64,000 nt of DNA from an uncultured Candidatus Cloacimonadota bacterium (GTDB lineage Bacteria; Cloacimonadota; Cloacimonadia; Cloacimonadales; Cloacimonadaceae), in assembly GCA_964429035.1 (NCBI GenBank), contig CAYSAT010000002.1, forward strand, positions 26,626-90,625, written 5' to 3'. Position 1 is the stretch's first letter. Each line of letters opens with the position of its first letter. The notes under the pieces are model-generated. The model saw only the letters and a program-made list of their open reading frames with translations. It did not search any database and had not been told where the DNA came from. The position numbers and the translations under genes were made by a program. Below, one piece after another: positions 28,881 through 37,622 of this stretch.

Positions 28881-29123
28881 CTAATCTACTGTAATGCCGT
28901 ATTTGGCCAGGATATCCTTGCCCACCACATATGATCTGAAGCCCAAAATATCCTCCGGATCCAGCATAATGTCAAACACATCCTCAAGCTGGCTGACCAG
29001 GCTCAAGTGTACGATCGAATCCCAGCGGGGAAAAGTCCTGATCGCCAGGTTTTCATTGAGCAAGCTCTTATCGATCTCAAAAAGTTCCGTAAATACTTTA
29101 TTGTATGTCTCAGTGTGCGTCAT
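28881..29123 (-). CDS. Acyl carrier protein (ACP-1)
   Basis: ORF 28881..29147. I prefer the third ATG (29123, MTHTETYNKVF) because GAAGGA lies 7 nt upstream. FPRWDSIVHLSLVSQLEDVF is the Ser context. Confidence 0.75.
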   Translation of the reverse strand: MTHTETYNKVFTELFEIDKSLLNENLAIRTFPRWDSIVHLSLVSQLEDVFDIMLDPEDILGFRSYVVGKDILAKYGITVD

Positions 29124-29219
29124 CGTCATTCCTTCGTAAAAAAACATCCTGTTCTGGAGTAACCGTCCGATTTACATTTTCCGATGTTTCCAGTGCCTTT
29201 ATCCAAGGCATCCGGCTGA

Positions 29220-30296
29220 TCATAGAACTCCTTCTGCATAGAAGGCATCTGTTCGGATCGGTGGTAACATGGCTCCGGTGTTGATCACAAGATCGGCGCA
29301 AGCCCAGGACAGCCCGGCTCCGAAGCCGCACATCAGCAGCCTGATGTCCCGTTTTTCTTTGCCAGCATAGGTTTCCGACAAGGTCATGGGTATGGAATTG
29401 CTGCTGGTGTTGCCGTAAAGATCCAACGAGACCGGCATTTTTTCGGGCGGGATCTTGATCTTGCGGGCTATTTGCTTCAGGATGTAGATATTGGCCTGGT
29501 GCAAGGCGAAACAGTCATAATCATCTGATGTGGCGGCCAAATGATCCATGAATTCCTTGATCAGTTTGGGCACATCCGTGATAGAAAAACCGAACACCTC
29601 CATGCCCTTCATATTGATGTCGTAGTCTGAGCGCAGAATGCCGTCAGACCACAGCACTCTCTCATGTGATGCTCCCATGTTTCGGTATGCCCCCGACGGA
29701 GTTATTATGGCTTTGAACCGGTTTCCGTCGGTGCGGTGAGTAAAATGTGTGTGACTGTTCTGGTCAGATTTCTCGATGAGAGTAGCCGAACCGCAATCCC
29801 CGAACAGCATGATCATTGTGCGGTCGTGAGGAGAGATCGTTCTAACTGATGTGTCGCCGGTTATGAGAAGGGCAGTAGTGGCGTCGGAACTCGCCAGCAT
29901 CGAATAGACCAGATTCAGCCCGTAGATGAAGCCAGAGCAGGCCAGGTTGATATCGAAACACATGCAGTTGCGGCTGAGACCCAACCTTTTGTGTATGACA
30001 AAAGCGGTGGAGGGAGCCCGGTAATCAGGTTTTTGAGTCACGAAAACCAATAAGCCGATTTTCTCCGGATCAACTTCTTTTTGGGTGATCAGATGCCTGG
30101 CAGCCTCATAACCCAGATCGCCCGCTGTTTGTTCAGGGATGGCCCGGCATACGCTTTTAACTCCGGTCATTTCGGAAAACTTATCCACAGTCTCTGCCCC
30201 GAACGAATCCTTGTAGAAATCAACCGAAAGATCGGTGGTTGGCATGGCCACGGACATTCCAGAGACAGACAGCCCTTGAAAACTACTGATTAACAT
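29220..30296 (-). CDS. 3-oxoacyl-ACP synthase III (FabH-like), catalytic triad intact (KAS-2)
   Basis: 358 aa; FDINLACSGF (Cys), FALHQANIY (His), YGNTSSNSIP (Asn). Confidence 0.85.
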   Translation of the reverse strand: MLISSFQGLSVSGMSVAMPTTDLSVDFYKDSFGAETVDKFSEMTGVKSVCRAIPEQTAGDLGYEAARHLITQKEVDPEKIGLLVFVTQKPDYRAPSTAFVIHKRLGLSRNCMCFDINLACSGFIYGLNLVYSMLASSDATTALLITGDTSVRTISPHDRTMIMLFGDCGSATLIEKSDQNSHTHFTHRTDGNRFKAIITPSGAYRNMGASHERVLWSDGILRSDYDINMKGMEVFGFSITDVPKLIKEFMDHLAATSDDYDCFALHQANIYILKQIARKIKIPPEKMPVSLDLYGNTSSNSIPMTLSETYAGKEKRDIRLLMCGFGAGLSWACADLVINTGAMLPPIRTDAFYAEGVL

Positions 30297-30335
30297 ATAG
30301 ATCCACTCAACAGAAACCCCTGATCCTGTCTGAGT

Positions 30336-31364
30336 CTAAATATCATGGCTAACTGCCCCTTCCGTGTAGAAGTCATCAGTCTCAATCACGGGCAATACGG
30401 CATCGGCGCAGATCGTAAAATCGGCAAATCCCCAGGATAATCCCTCACCCAAACCACAAGCCAGCACCCGCGAGCATTTATTGCCTTTGACATGCCCGTA
30501 ATGATCAGATATTAGCAGAGGTATTGATCCTGCTCCTGCATACCCCATTTGCCTGCTGTTTTTCAATACTTTCTCTGCTGGAATGCGTAATCTGTGGGCT
30601 AGTTCCTGGACCAATCCTTCACTGAATTGAGTCAGGGCAAAACTATCAAAATCTGCAGTCTCTGAGCCACAACTTGCTACATACTCCTGAAATGCCTGCG
30701 GAATTTCATTGCTAAAGAAATCATGTAGCCCCTGAACGTCGACGCGGAGAGAATCTTCCTGATCCGACCCTGCATCTTCTGCTTTTATAAAGCCATTGGA
30801 CGGATGCTGCATTCTGAAAGCTCCAGATGGAAGGATCATTGAGTTGATAGCATTTCCATCTGTGCCAGTAAAAACATGAAGATCATCAGAAATCTGCGCA
30901 CTTTCTAGTAGAAGCGCTGAAGTACTGTCTCCCACTTTCCAATCTGGATACAATTCAGAGGGGGCCATCTGCTTGCTTAGGGTGTCGCCCGTGATCAATA
31001 ATCCATAACGGCAATTGATTCGACTTAGAAGTGATCCTACAATGGCAATACCATAAATGAAACCTGCACCACTAAGATTGATATCAAAAACAATACAATC
31101 TACTGGTAACCCTAACCGACTCTGCAGCACGCACGCGGTTGCAGGGCTGCGATAATCTGGGGTTTGTGAAACAAAAACCAATATTCCGATCTCAGCAACC
31201 GAAACTCCCAGTTCTTCAATCGCACATTGCGCGGCGCTAAAACCAAGGTCTCCTGCCGTCTGGAATTCTGAAACCCAGTATGCGCCTGTTTCACTTGATC
31301 TTTTTTTGGGGATTGCTGAAGCCAGGGCAGCAATTTTTACGTCTGAAATACTGAATTTATTCAT
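30336..31364 (-). CDS. KASIII-fold protein lacking all three catalytic residues (KAS-1)
   Basis: ORF 30336..31466 (TTG). The start is set at ATG 31364 (MNKFSISDVKIAALASAIPKK), which aligns with the N-termini of the other KASIII paralogs. It reads FDINLSGAGF, FALTQFSEG and MGYAGAGSIP at the Cys/His/Asn positions. Confidence 0.8.
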   Translation of the reverse strand: MNKFSISDVKIAALASAIPKKRSSETGAYWVSEFQTAGDLGFSAAQCAIEELGVSVAEIGILVFVSQTPDYRSPATACVLQSRLGLPVDCIVFDINLSGAGFIYGIAIVGSLLSRINCRYGLLITGDTLSKQMAPSELYPDWKVGDSTSALLLESAQISDDLHVFTGTDGNAINSMILPSGAFRMQHPSNGFIKAEDAGSDQEDSLRVDVQGLHDFFSNEIPQAFQEYVASCGSETADFDSFALTQFSEGLVQELAHRLRIPAEKVLKNSRQMGYAGAGSIPLLISDHYGHVKGNKCSRVLACGLGEGLSWGFADFTICADAVLPVIETDDFYTEGAVSHDI

Positions 31365-31478
31365 CCGGTCTATCGCATACCATAATACAGATGTAAATAG
31401 GGTCAACCTTGTTTTCAAAGTTGGACATATGCATTCGCTTCCGCATTCAATATCGAGTCCATACAACCTATCGCTGCG

Positions 31479-33065
31479 TCATATAATTCCGGCATTGGAG
31501 ACACGGGATCCCCGGCGAGGATTGAAAGATACTGTATATGAGAAGGTTGCCATGCCAGGATAGTTGTGATCGACAACATGCATCAGTAGATCTGGCGCAA
31601 CCAGGTAATTGTTGGGAAATATATGGTCGCTGCTGATCCCAGGAAAATTATGGGCGCCGTCAGCGTAATACGAGTTTGTCCCAAAGCAATGGACATAGAT
31701 GCCATTGCCGAAGAAGTTGTTATTTTCAGCTGAGGGGATACAGCTAATAACGCCAATCCCATCTTCATAAAAACCATTTAGCTCAATATCAATATCGTTA
31801 GCATAGAATTCATTGTATTCAATTTCGATTTCTGAAGCGCTGGGTGATACTGCGCTGGAATTGCGGTCAAAGCAATTGTGGGTAATTGATACCGTGCCAA
31901 TGATCGGCCTGACGCCGAACAAATTCTCGCAGAAATAGTTATTGTTGACATTGCCAACAGTTACCAATAACTGTAGAGGATCCCTATTTGCGTAGAAAAC
32001 AGATTCTTCCACTGTGATGCTATTCATAAGGGAGTGGATGCCTCTCAGCCCGTTTCCGGTCATCATAATATTACTGATGTTGCATTGAGTGGTTTGTACA
32101 AGCAAAGCCATAGAACTGGTATTTTTGAGGATAGAATAGCTAAGTTGCAGAGAACTGCCCGCTATTTTAATGCCTTCAACAGCAGAATCCATGATCATGC
32201 CAGAAATGCTGACATTATTGTTCGGATTCAGTACGCCTACAGAATTGTAGGGCATAATAGAATCGATATCTGCAATCAAGTCAATATTATGCGATGATGT
32301 TAGTCGCCACCAGCCTCCATCATTACTGGTTGTCACTGCTCCCTGGAAATTCAACCTGGTGTTTGGTGCCACAGCAATTACTGAACCTGCTTCAACTGTT
32401 GCGGTGCCGAGCACAGTGGTGTCAGTCGTAATAAGATATGTCCTGCCCTGGGCAAAGGTTATATTGTTAGAAACAAGCGCAGGTACTTGCCTGGTTGGAT
32501 ACAAAGTGACGCTTCCCTTATGAATTGGAGGCTGCACTTTAGTGATAAGTGATTTATCAAGAGATCTGGCACTATGGTAGTTGCTGGCTTTTTTAAGATC
32601 ATTATCTCCTTGTTCTACTTCAAATTCCAATATATACAGCTGTCCCCAACCCTGTTTCAAAAACACGAGATTATATGTTCCAACCTCAATATCATTAAGT
32701 GTAAAGACACCGGCCGCGTCAGTAACAGAATGTTTCATGGGGTCCTCTTTACGGTGGTCGAATTCAGTCTCCTGGCTGACGGACACTCCGATCTCGGGAT
32801 ACTTTTGATTGATACGCACAAGGGTTGTATCGAGTTCAGCCAGTTTATATAAGGCTACCGTAACACCGGAAAAATCGCCAGGATCATTGGCGGGATATCC
32901 TGTATCATTGACCAATTGTACATTTCCAGCCAGTGAACCAAATTCCGGCTTGTGGGAGTTACAACTGAAAAGCAATGCAAATGCCACCAGAGTAAAGAAA
33001 AGGGTGGCAAAGGCTGACGCGCGGCGGTGCGTGATGCTACGCTGGATATCTATCCTAGTGTTCAT
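31479..33065 (-). CDS. Probable lipoprotein with CarboxypepD_reg-like domain and right-handed parallel beta-helix repeats
   Basis: 528 aa. Signal peptide with LFSC lipobox-like site (FTLVAFALLFSCNSHK). DAAGVFTLNDIEVGTYNLVFLKQGW resembles a carboxypeptidase-regulatory-like fold. The C-terminal half is repetitive N/G/I-rich, beta-helix-like. Confidence 0.5.
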   Translation of the reverse strand: MNTRIDIQRSITHRRASAFATLFFTLVAFALLFSCNSHKPEFGSLAGNVQLVNDTGYPANDPGDFSGVTVALYKLAELDTTLVRINQKYPEIGVSVSQETEFDHRKEDPMKHSVTDAAGVFTLNDIEVGTYNLVFLKQGWGQLYILEFEVEQGDNDLKKASNYHSARSLDKSLITKVQPPIHKGSVTLYPTRQVPALVSNNITFAQGRTYLITTDTTVLGTATVEAGSVIAVAPNTRLNFQGAVTTSNDGGWWRLTSSHNIDLIADIDSIMPYNSVGVLNPNNNVSISGMIMDSAVEGIKIAGSSLQLSYSILKNTSSMALLVQTTQCNISNIMMTGNGLRGIHSLMNSITVEESVFYANRDPLQLLVTVGNVNNNYFCENLFGVRPIIGTVSITHNCFDRNSSAVSPSASEIEIEYNEFYANDIDIELNGFYEDGIGVISCIPSAENNNFFGNGIYVHCFGTNSYYADGAHNFPGISSDHIFPNNYLVAPDLLMHVVDHNYPGMATFSYTVSFNPRRGSRVSNAGII

Positions 33066-33196
33066 AGCTCTGGCTACCTCACTCTTTTTGTATAAATCTG
33101 ACCTGATGCAACAACATAATTCGGTTTTCTCATGTGTTATGAAAAACTAATCTATCTTCGTCACAGTATATAGGACAAAGCAAATCCGCCATCAAG

Positions 33197-34066
33197 TCAA
33201 TCCAATTTCACAATCAGATTCAACAGGTATTCCCCATATCCGCTTTTTCTGATCGGTTCTGCAATGCGGCAAAGTTGATCCTTGTCTATATAGCCTTTAC
33301 GGTATGCTATCTCTTCTATACAGCCAATTTTAAATCCCTGCCGTTGTTCAATGATCTCCACGAATTGGGAAGCCTGCAGAAGTGATTCAAAGGTACCAGT
33401 ATCCAGCCAGGCAGTGCCGCGGCCAAAGACCATAACTTTAAGTTTGCCTGCTTCCAGGTAAACCCTGTTCACATCCGTAATTTCATACTCGCCACGGGAC
33501 GAAGGTTTGATCTCGCGGGCGATCCGGAGTACGCTGTTATCATAGAAATACAAACCAGGTACGGCAAAATTGGATTTGGGGTTCGCCGGTTTTTCTTCGA
33601 GTGATATCGCATTAAAACTCTTATCAAACTCCACCACTCCGAAAGATTTGGGGTCACGGACTGGATAGGCTGTTATTATCGCACCCTCTGGATCTATGCA
33701 GTTGCTCAATCGAGACTGGATATCGGCACCATAAAAAATATTGTCTCCCAAGATCAGGCAGACATTATCTGAGCCCACAAAATCTGCTCCGATCACCAGC
33801 GCTTGTGCCAGGCCGTTTGGTACGCTCTGGATTGCGTATACGAATCTCATACCCAGGTCAGAGCCGTCCTTAAGTAATTTCTTGAATGATGCTTGATCTT
33901 CCGGCGTGGTGATGATCAGCACATCTTTGATACCGGTAAGCATCAATATTGAAAGAGGATAGTAGATCATGGGCTTGTCATAAACCGGCATCAGCTGTTT
34001 ACTGACCGCAATTGTCAGCGGATGAAGACGGCTTCCGGCTCCTCCGGCTAAAATGATACCTTTCAT
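33197..34066 (-). CDS. rfbA: Glucose-1-phosphate thymidylyltransferase
   Basis: [55 protein letters not shown] is the classic RmlA N-terminus. ATG 34066 is preceded by GGAG; the TTG at 34078 in the ORF track is less likely. Confidence 0.9.
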   Translation of the reverse strand: MKGIILAGGAGSRLHPLTIAVSKQLMPVYDKPMIYYPLSILMLTGIKDVLIITTPEDQASFKKLLKDGSDLGMRFVYAIQSVPNGLAQALVIGADFVGSDNVCLILGDNIFYGADIQSRLSNCIDPEGAIITAYPVRDPKSFGVVEFDKSFNAISLEEKPANPKSNFAVPGLYFYDNSVLRIAREIKPSSRGEYEITDVNRVYLEAGKLKVMVFGRGTAWLDTGTFESLLQASQFVEIIEQRQGFKIGCIEEIAYRKGYIDKDQLCRIAEPIRKSGYGEYLLNLIVKLD

Positions 34067-34112
34067 TGTGCGCTCCAATTCGTTTTATTGATTTTTGATA
34101 GGCTCATCTAAA

Positions 34113-35198
34113 CTATTTAGTAACATTTAAAAGGATTGCGCAGATTCTGTCAATATCATTGTGGGTAAGGGTATAATAGAGAGGCAAGCAAAGAATCCGC
34201 CTGGAGATATCTTCGGACACTGGGCAGGGCATATATGGTGTTATCTTGATAAAAGTATTGACTGAAGGATAGAAATACCGTCTGGCATAGATCTCGTGTT
34301 GGGCCAAGGCTTCAAGCACATTCAAGGTTATTTTTTCGGTAGGAAACATCACTGGAAAATAGGAATAATTACTGGTCCCGTGTACAATTCTTTGGAATTT
34401 TAGGGAAGAGGAACGGCTCAGCAAAGCATTATATAGGTGATGTTTTTCTTTGCGGTCATTCAGAATACTTTGGAAAGAATCTAGATTAAGTATTCCCAGG
34501 GCAGCATGAACCTCGGTCATTTTGCCGTTGAATCCGTCTTCAACTACCTCCTTGGCAGAGTCAAATCCAAAGAACCTGATTCTATTCAGTTTTTCATATA
34601 CATCCGGGTCATTGGTTACACAGGCACCACCCTCAGCAGTGTTGATGATTTTGGTTGCGTGAAAGCTTGTTGCAGAAATATCTCCATAACTAAGTAAGCT
34701 TTCTCCGTTGACAACTGATCCAACTGCATGGGCGGCATCATAAATCACTTTGAGATTATACTCACGAGCGATCATGTCTATTGTCTCGATATCACAGGGG
34801 TTGCCAAATACATGTACGGGCATTATGGCGACCGTTTTTTCTGTTATGAGTTCCTCTATTTTTCGGACATCAAGGTTCAGGGTGTTTGGATCAATATCAC
34901 AGAAGACTGGAGTGCAAGACTCCCATTTTATTGCGCTGATTGAGGCTACCCACGTAAAAGGTGTCGTGATGATCTCGCCTCTTAAACCCATCGCTTTGAT
35001 GGCCATCTGCAGTGCTACAGTCCCGTTAGTAACTGCTATGATATGTTTTAAACCTAGCACAGAGCATAAAGACCGCTCAAATCTCTGGACCACTGGGCCG
35101 TTATGGGTTAATATTCCGGTTCCCCATATGTCAGCAAGGATTTTATCCAGCCTACTAATATCCGGCAAATATGGTTTGATCACTGGTATCTTAGCCAT
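34113..35198 (-). CDS. DegT/DnrJ/EryC1/StrS-family sugar aminotransferase
   Basis: Start at ATG 35198 (MAKIPVIKPYLP), an 8-nt overlap with the upstream stop. The PLP-Lys context is TSFHATKIINTAEGG. Confidence 0.85.
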   Translation of the reverse strand: MAKIPVIKPYLPDISRLDKILADIWGTGILTHNGPVVQRFERSLCSVLGLKHIIAVTNGTVALQMAIKAMGLRGEIITTPFTWVASISAIKWESCTPVFCDIDPNTLNLDVRKIEELITEKTVAIMPVHVFGNPCDIETIDMIAREYNLKVIYDAAHAVGSVVNGESLLSYGDISATSFHATKIINTAEGGACVTNDPDVYEKLNRIRFFGFDSAKEVVEDGFNGKMTEVHAALGILNLDSFQSILNDRKEKHHLYNALLSRSSSLKFQRIVHGTSNYSYFPVMFPTEKITLNVLEALAQHEIYARRYFYPSVNTFIKITPYMPCPVSEDISRRILCLPLYYTLTHNDIDRICAILLNVTK

Positions 35199-36156
35199 TT
35201 GCAACTCTTAAGAATTCTTCGATCAGCTCAGCTTGTCTAATATTCTGAGCGTACTCAGGAGGCAATAAGCCCATGACAGTGTCATGAAAATATAACAGCA
35301 TATTTCTGAAATGATTGTCGGGAGGAAGAGATATCTCCTTAATCCCATAATCGGTCTCCAGTACGATTGTCGGAACATAACCGGGTGGTGCGGTGAAAAT
35401 GCGATTTGTAAAGATCTTACCTTTACTACCCCATAATTCCAACGAACACTGGTAATGGCAATCAAAACCAAATGCTATTTCCGAAAACAAATCACCTGAT
35501 TTCTGTTTAATAAAACCTCCACCCCAAAGGTCTACACCCGTAATCTCATCCCAATGGAGGCTTGCAGATCCCACACAGATATCTTCCCCCATCAAGATCT
35601 GTGAAATCTTGATCGGATATGCCCCTACATCGAGGAGAGCGCCGCCACCTAATTCTTTTTTATACCTGATATTATTGGTATCCTTGAAGGGTGGGAAGCC
35701 AAACGAACTCCTAATACACCGTAAGTCTCCTATTATCCCTGACTTCACCATATCCAGTATCAACATTAACTGGCTATGGTATTGAAATTGAAAATTCTCC
35801 AACAACACCAGATTCCTGGCCTGGGCTGAATTGTTTAGCCTTCTAACTGCGGATGCCGTGGTTGCCAAAGATTTCTCTACAATGACATGTAATCCCCGCT
35901 CGAGAGCCCGTTCGACCCACTCTTCATGTAGAGAATTCGGCAAAGGAATATATACTGCGTCCAGATCAGAGACATCAAACAGGGCGTCGTAGGGATACAT
36001 TGGATTCGTTTGGAAACGTTCAGCCATATTTCGCGCCTTACTATATGACCTGCTTGCGATTCCTACTAATGTAAACTCCTCTCCTAAGGCAACTAAATTG
36101 GGGAGCATATATCTCTCAGCTATATTGGCACATCCAATTACACCAATGTTGACCAT
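35191..36156 (-). CDS. Gfo/Idh/MocA-family NAD(P)-dependent oxidoreductase (candidate NDP-hexose C-3 ketoreductase)
   Basis: 321 aa; MVNIGVIGCANIAERYMLPNL Rossmann N-terminus and EKSLATT. It lies directly downstream of a 2,3-dehydratase, as in deoxysugar pathways. Confidence 0.75.
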   Translation of the reverse strand: MVNIGVIGCANIAERYMLPNLVALGEEFTLVGIASRSYSKARNMAERFQTNPMYPYDALFDVSDLDAVYIPLPNSLHEEWVERALERGLHVIVEKSLATTASAVRRLNNSAQARNLVLLENFQFQYHSQLMLILDMVKSGIIGDLRCIRSSFGFPPFKDTNNIRYKKELGGGALLDVGAYPIKISQILMGEDICVGSASLHWDEITGVDLWGGGFIKQKSGDLFSEIAFGFDCHYQCSLELWGSKGKIFTNRIFTAPPGYVPTIVLETDYGIKEISLPPDNHFRNMLLYFHDTVMGLLPPEYAQNIRQAELIEEFLRVANG

Positions 36157-36160
36157 ATCC

Positions 36161-37510
36161 CTAATCCCCCGAGTGAAATGGCAATACCGATATCAGACTG
36201 CGCGCTTGAACATTAAAGTGATTACCGTGAATTAACAGCTCATGTATTTGACTCAGAGACATCCACAAATAAAAATCCGGTACTTCCTCTGGAAAATCTG
36301 ATGTAGCCTCAACAATCATATATCTGTTTTGATCTCTGAAGAAACGTCCGCCTTCCTCTGACAGTAGTGCATCATAGACAGGCTTGTTTTTCTTTCCGTG
36401 AAGTATCTCTTCTAAGAAAGGGTAGTCCGCCACATTGCACTTTGAATAGTCTTCATCCAGGCACTGAACTGTTGGGGCAAACTCGACTGTATCCAAGTTC
36501 CCGCACTCGACTAACATTTGTACCAGGAAATGTATTAGACCAGAAATTCTTTTGTAAACAAAACAACATAAACCCTGGCATACTGGCTGTAACATAGGCT
36601 GGCACCAAGATACAACCTCCCGGTTTCCAATTTCAACTCGAGTACCTATGATACTGAAGTATTTGGATTCACAATAATGAATAACATTATCATCACACTG
36701 CCATTTTTCAAGATGATGTAGAGGTATGATTTTTCTTTCAAGATCAATCCGGCATTTGATATTCGTTAATGATGAGACTATGCTTTCTATCGACTCTCTC
36801 CCTATATTTGAAGACAGAGATTCTAGTAAGAACTCGGAGTATTGCTTTAATGATGTTGCAGGATTTACTACCTTAGAATATAAGCTCGGGCTAAGTCCGG
36901 ACAAAACTGATCTGGTATCCATGTTGACAATATTGTCATATTTCATAAGTGATTTAAGATCTCTAAGACTTATCCAGGCAAAATTATCCCTCAATGGTAT
37001 TTCGGTCTCTCTATCAACCATAACGATCATATTACGGTTGCGCTTAGCTAAAAACCTCGAGCCCTGCTCGGACTGCAGGGAGTCATATAATATGGAATGC
37101 TTTCCTGCATTGATAAAATACTCGATATAGGTCGGTTTACGCCCCTTGTGAATCTGAGTATAATTACTCTTTGTTGCCTGAACAGTTGGAGAAAGTTGGA
37201 CATAATTTACATTACCAGGCTCAACTTTTGCCTGCATCAGCAAATAGAGGTCACCATGTTGTTTCATTGCTAAGATGCCTAGTACTCCATATTCGTTTTG
37301 CTGGATAATAGGCTGTTCCCATCTTGTGTTTCCATTGACTGAGGCACTAATACCTTCAATAGAATAGAAACCTCCAGAACAGTGGTATATTCTCCCTCTG
37401 GATCTGTCGTAGATCCAGTCAGCCATTTCTGAGAGTTGAACTTGTTCCACTGAAATGGTTACCAATTTATTCTGCTGATCAACCCACTCAAGGACGTTGT
37501 TTACATCCAT
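36161..37510 (-). CDS. NDP-hexose 2,3-dehydratase (EvaA/TylX3/OleV family)
   Basis: 449 aa with two internally repeated Nudix-like halves (WEQPIIQQNEYGVLGILAMKQHGDLYLLMQAKVEPGN...SPTVQATKSNY and WCQPMLQPVCQGLCCFVYKRISGLIHFLVQMLVECGN...APTVQC). This is the hallmark architecture of the hexose 2,3-dehydratase family. Confidence 0.8.
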   Translation of the reverse strand: MDVNNVLEWVDQQNKLVTISVEQVQLSEMADWIYDRSRGRIYHCSGGFYSIEGISASVNGNTRWEQPIIQQNEYGVLGILAMKQHGDLYLLMQAKVEPGNVNYVQLSPTVQATKSNYTQIHKGRKPTYIEYFINAGKHSILYDSLQSEQGSRFLAKRNRNMIVMVDRETEIPLRDNFAWISLRDLKSLMKYDNIVNMDTRSVLSGLSPSLYSKVVNPATSLKQYSEFLLESLSSNIGRESIESIVSSLTNIKCRIDLERKIIPLHHLEKWQCDDNVIHYCESKYFSIIGTRVEIGNREVVSWCQPMLQPVCQGLCCFVYKRISGLIHFLVQMLVECGNLDTVEFAPTVQCLDEDYSKCNVADYPFLEEILHGKKNKPVYDALLSEEGGRFFRDQNRYMIVEATSDFPEEVPDFYLWMSLSQIHELLIHGNHFNVQARSLISVLPFHSGD

Positions 37511-37622
37511 CTTGTCTCAATTCTAAGTCTCATTTGGGTTATTGATTGATTACTCAACAACTAGAATTCTGACACTACTCATTGGTAGCGTTGCATTTTT
37601 TTACTAAAGTATTTATCATTAT

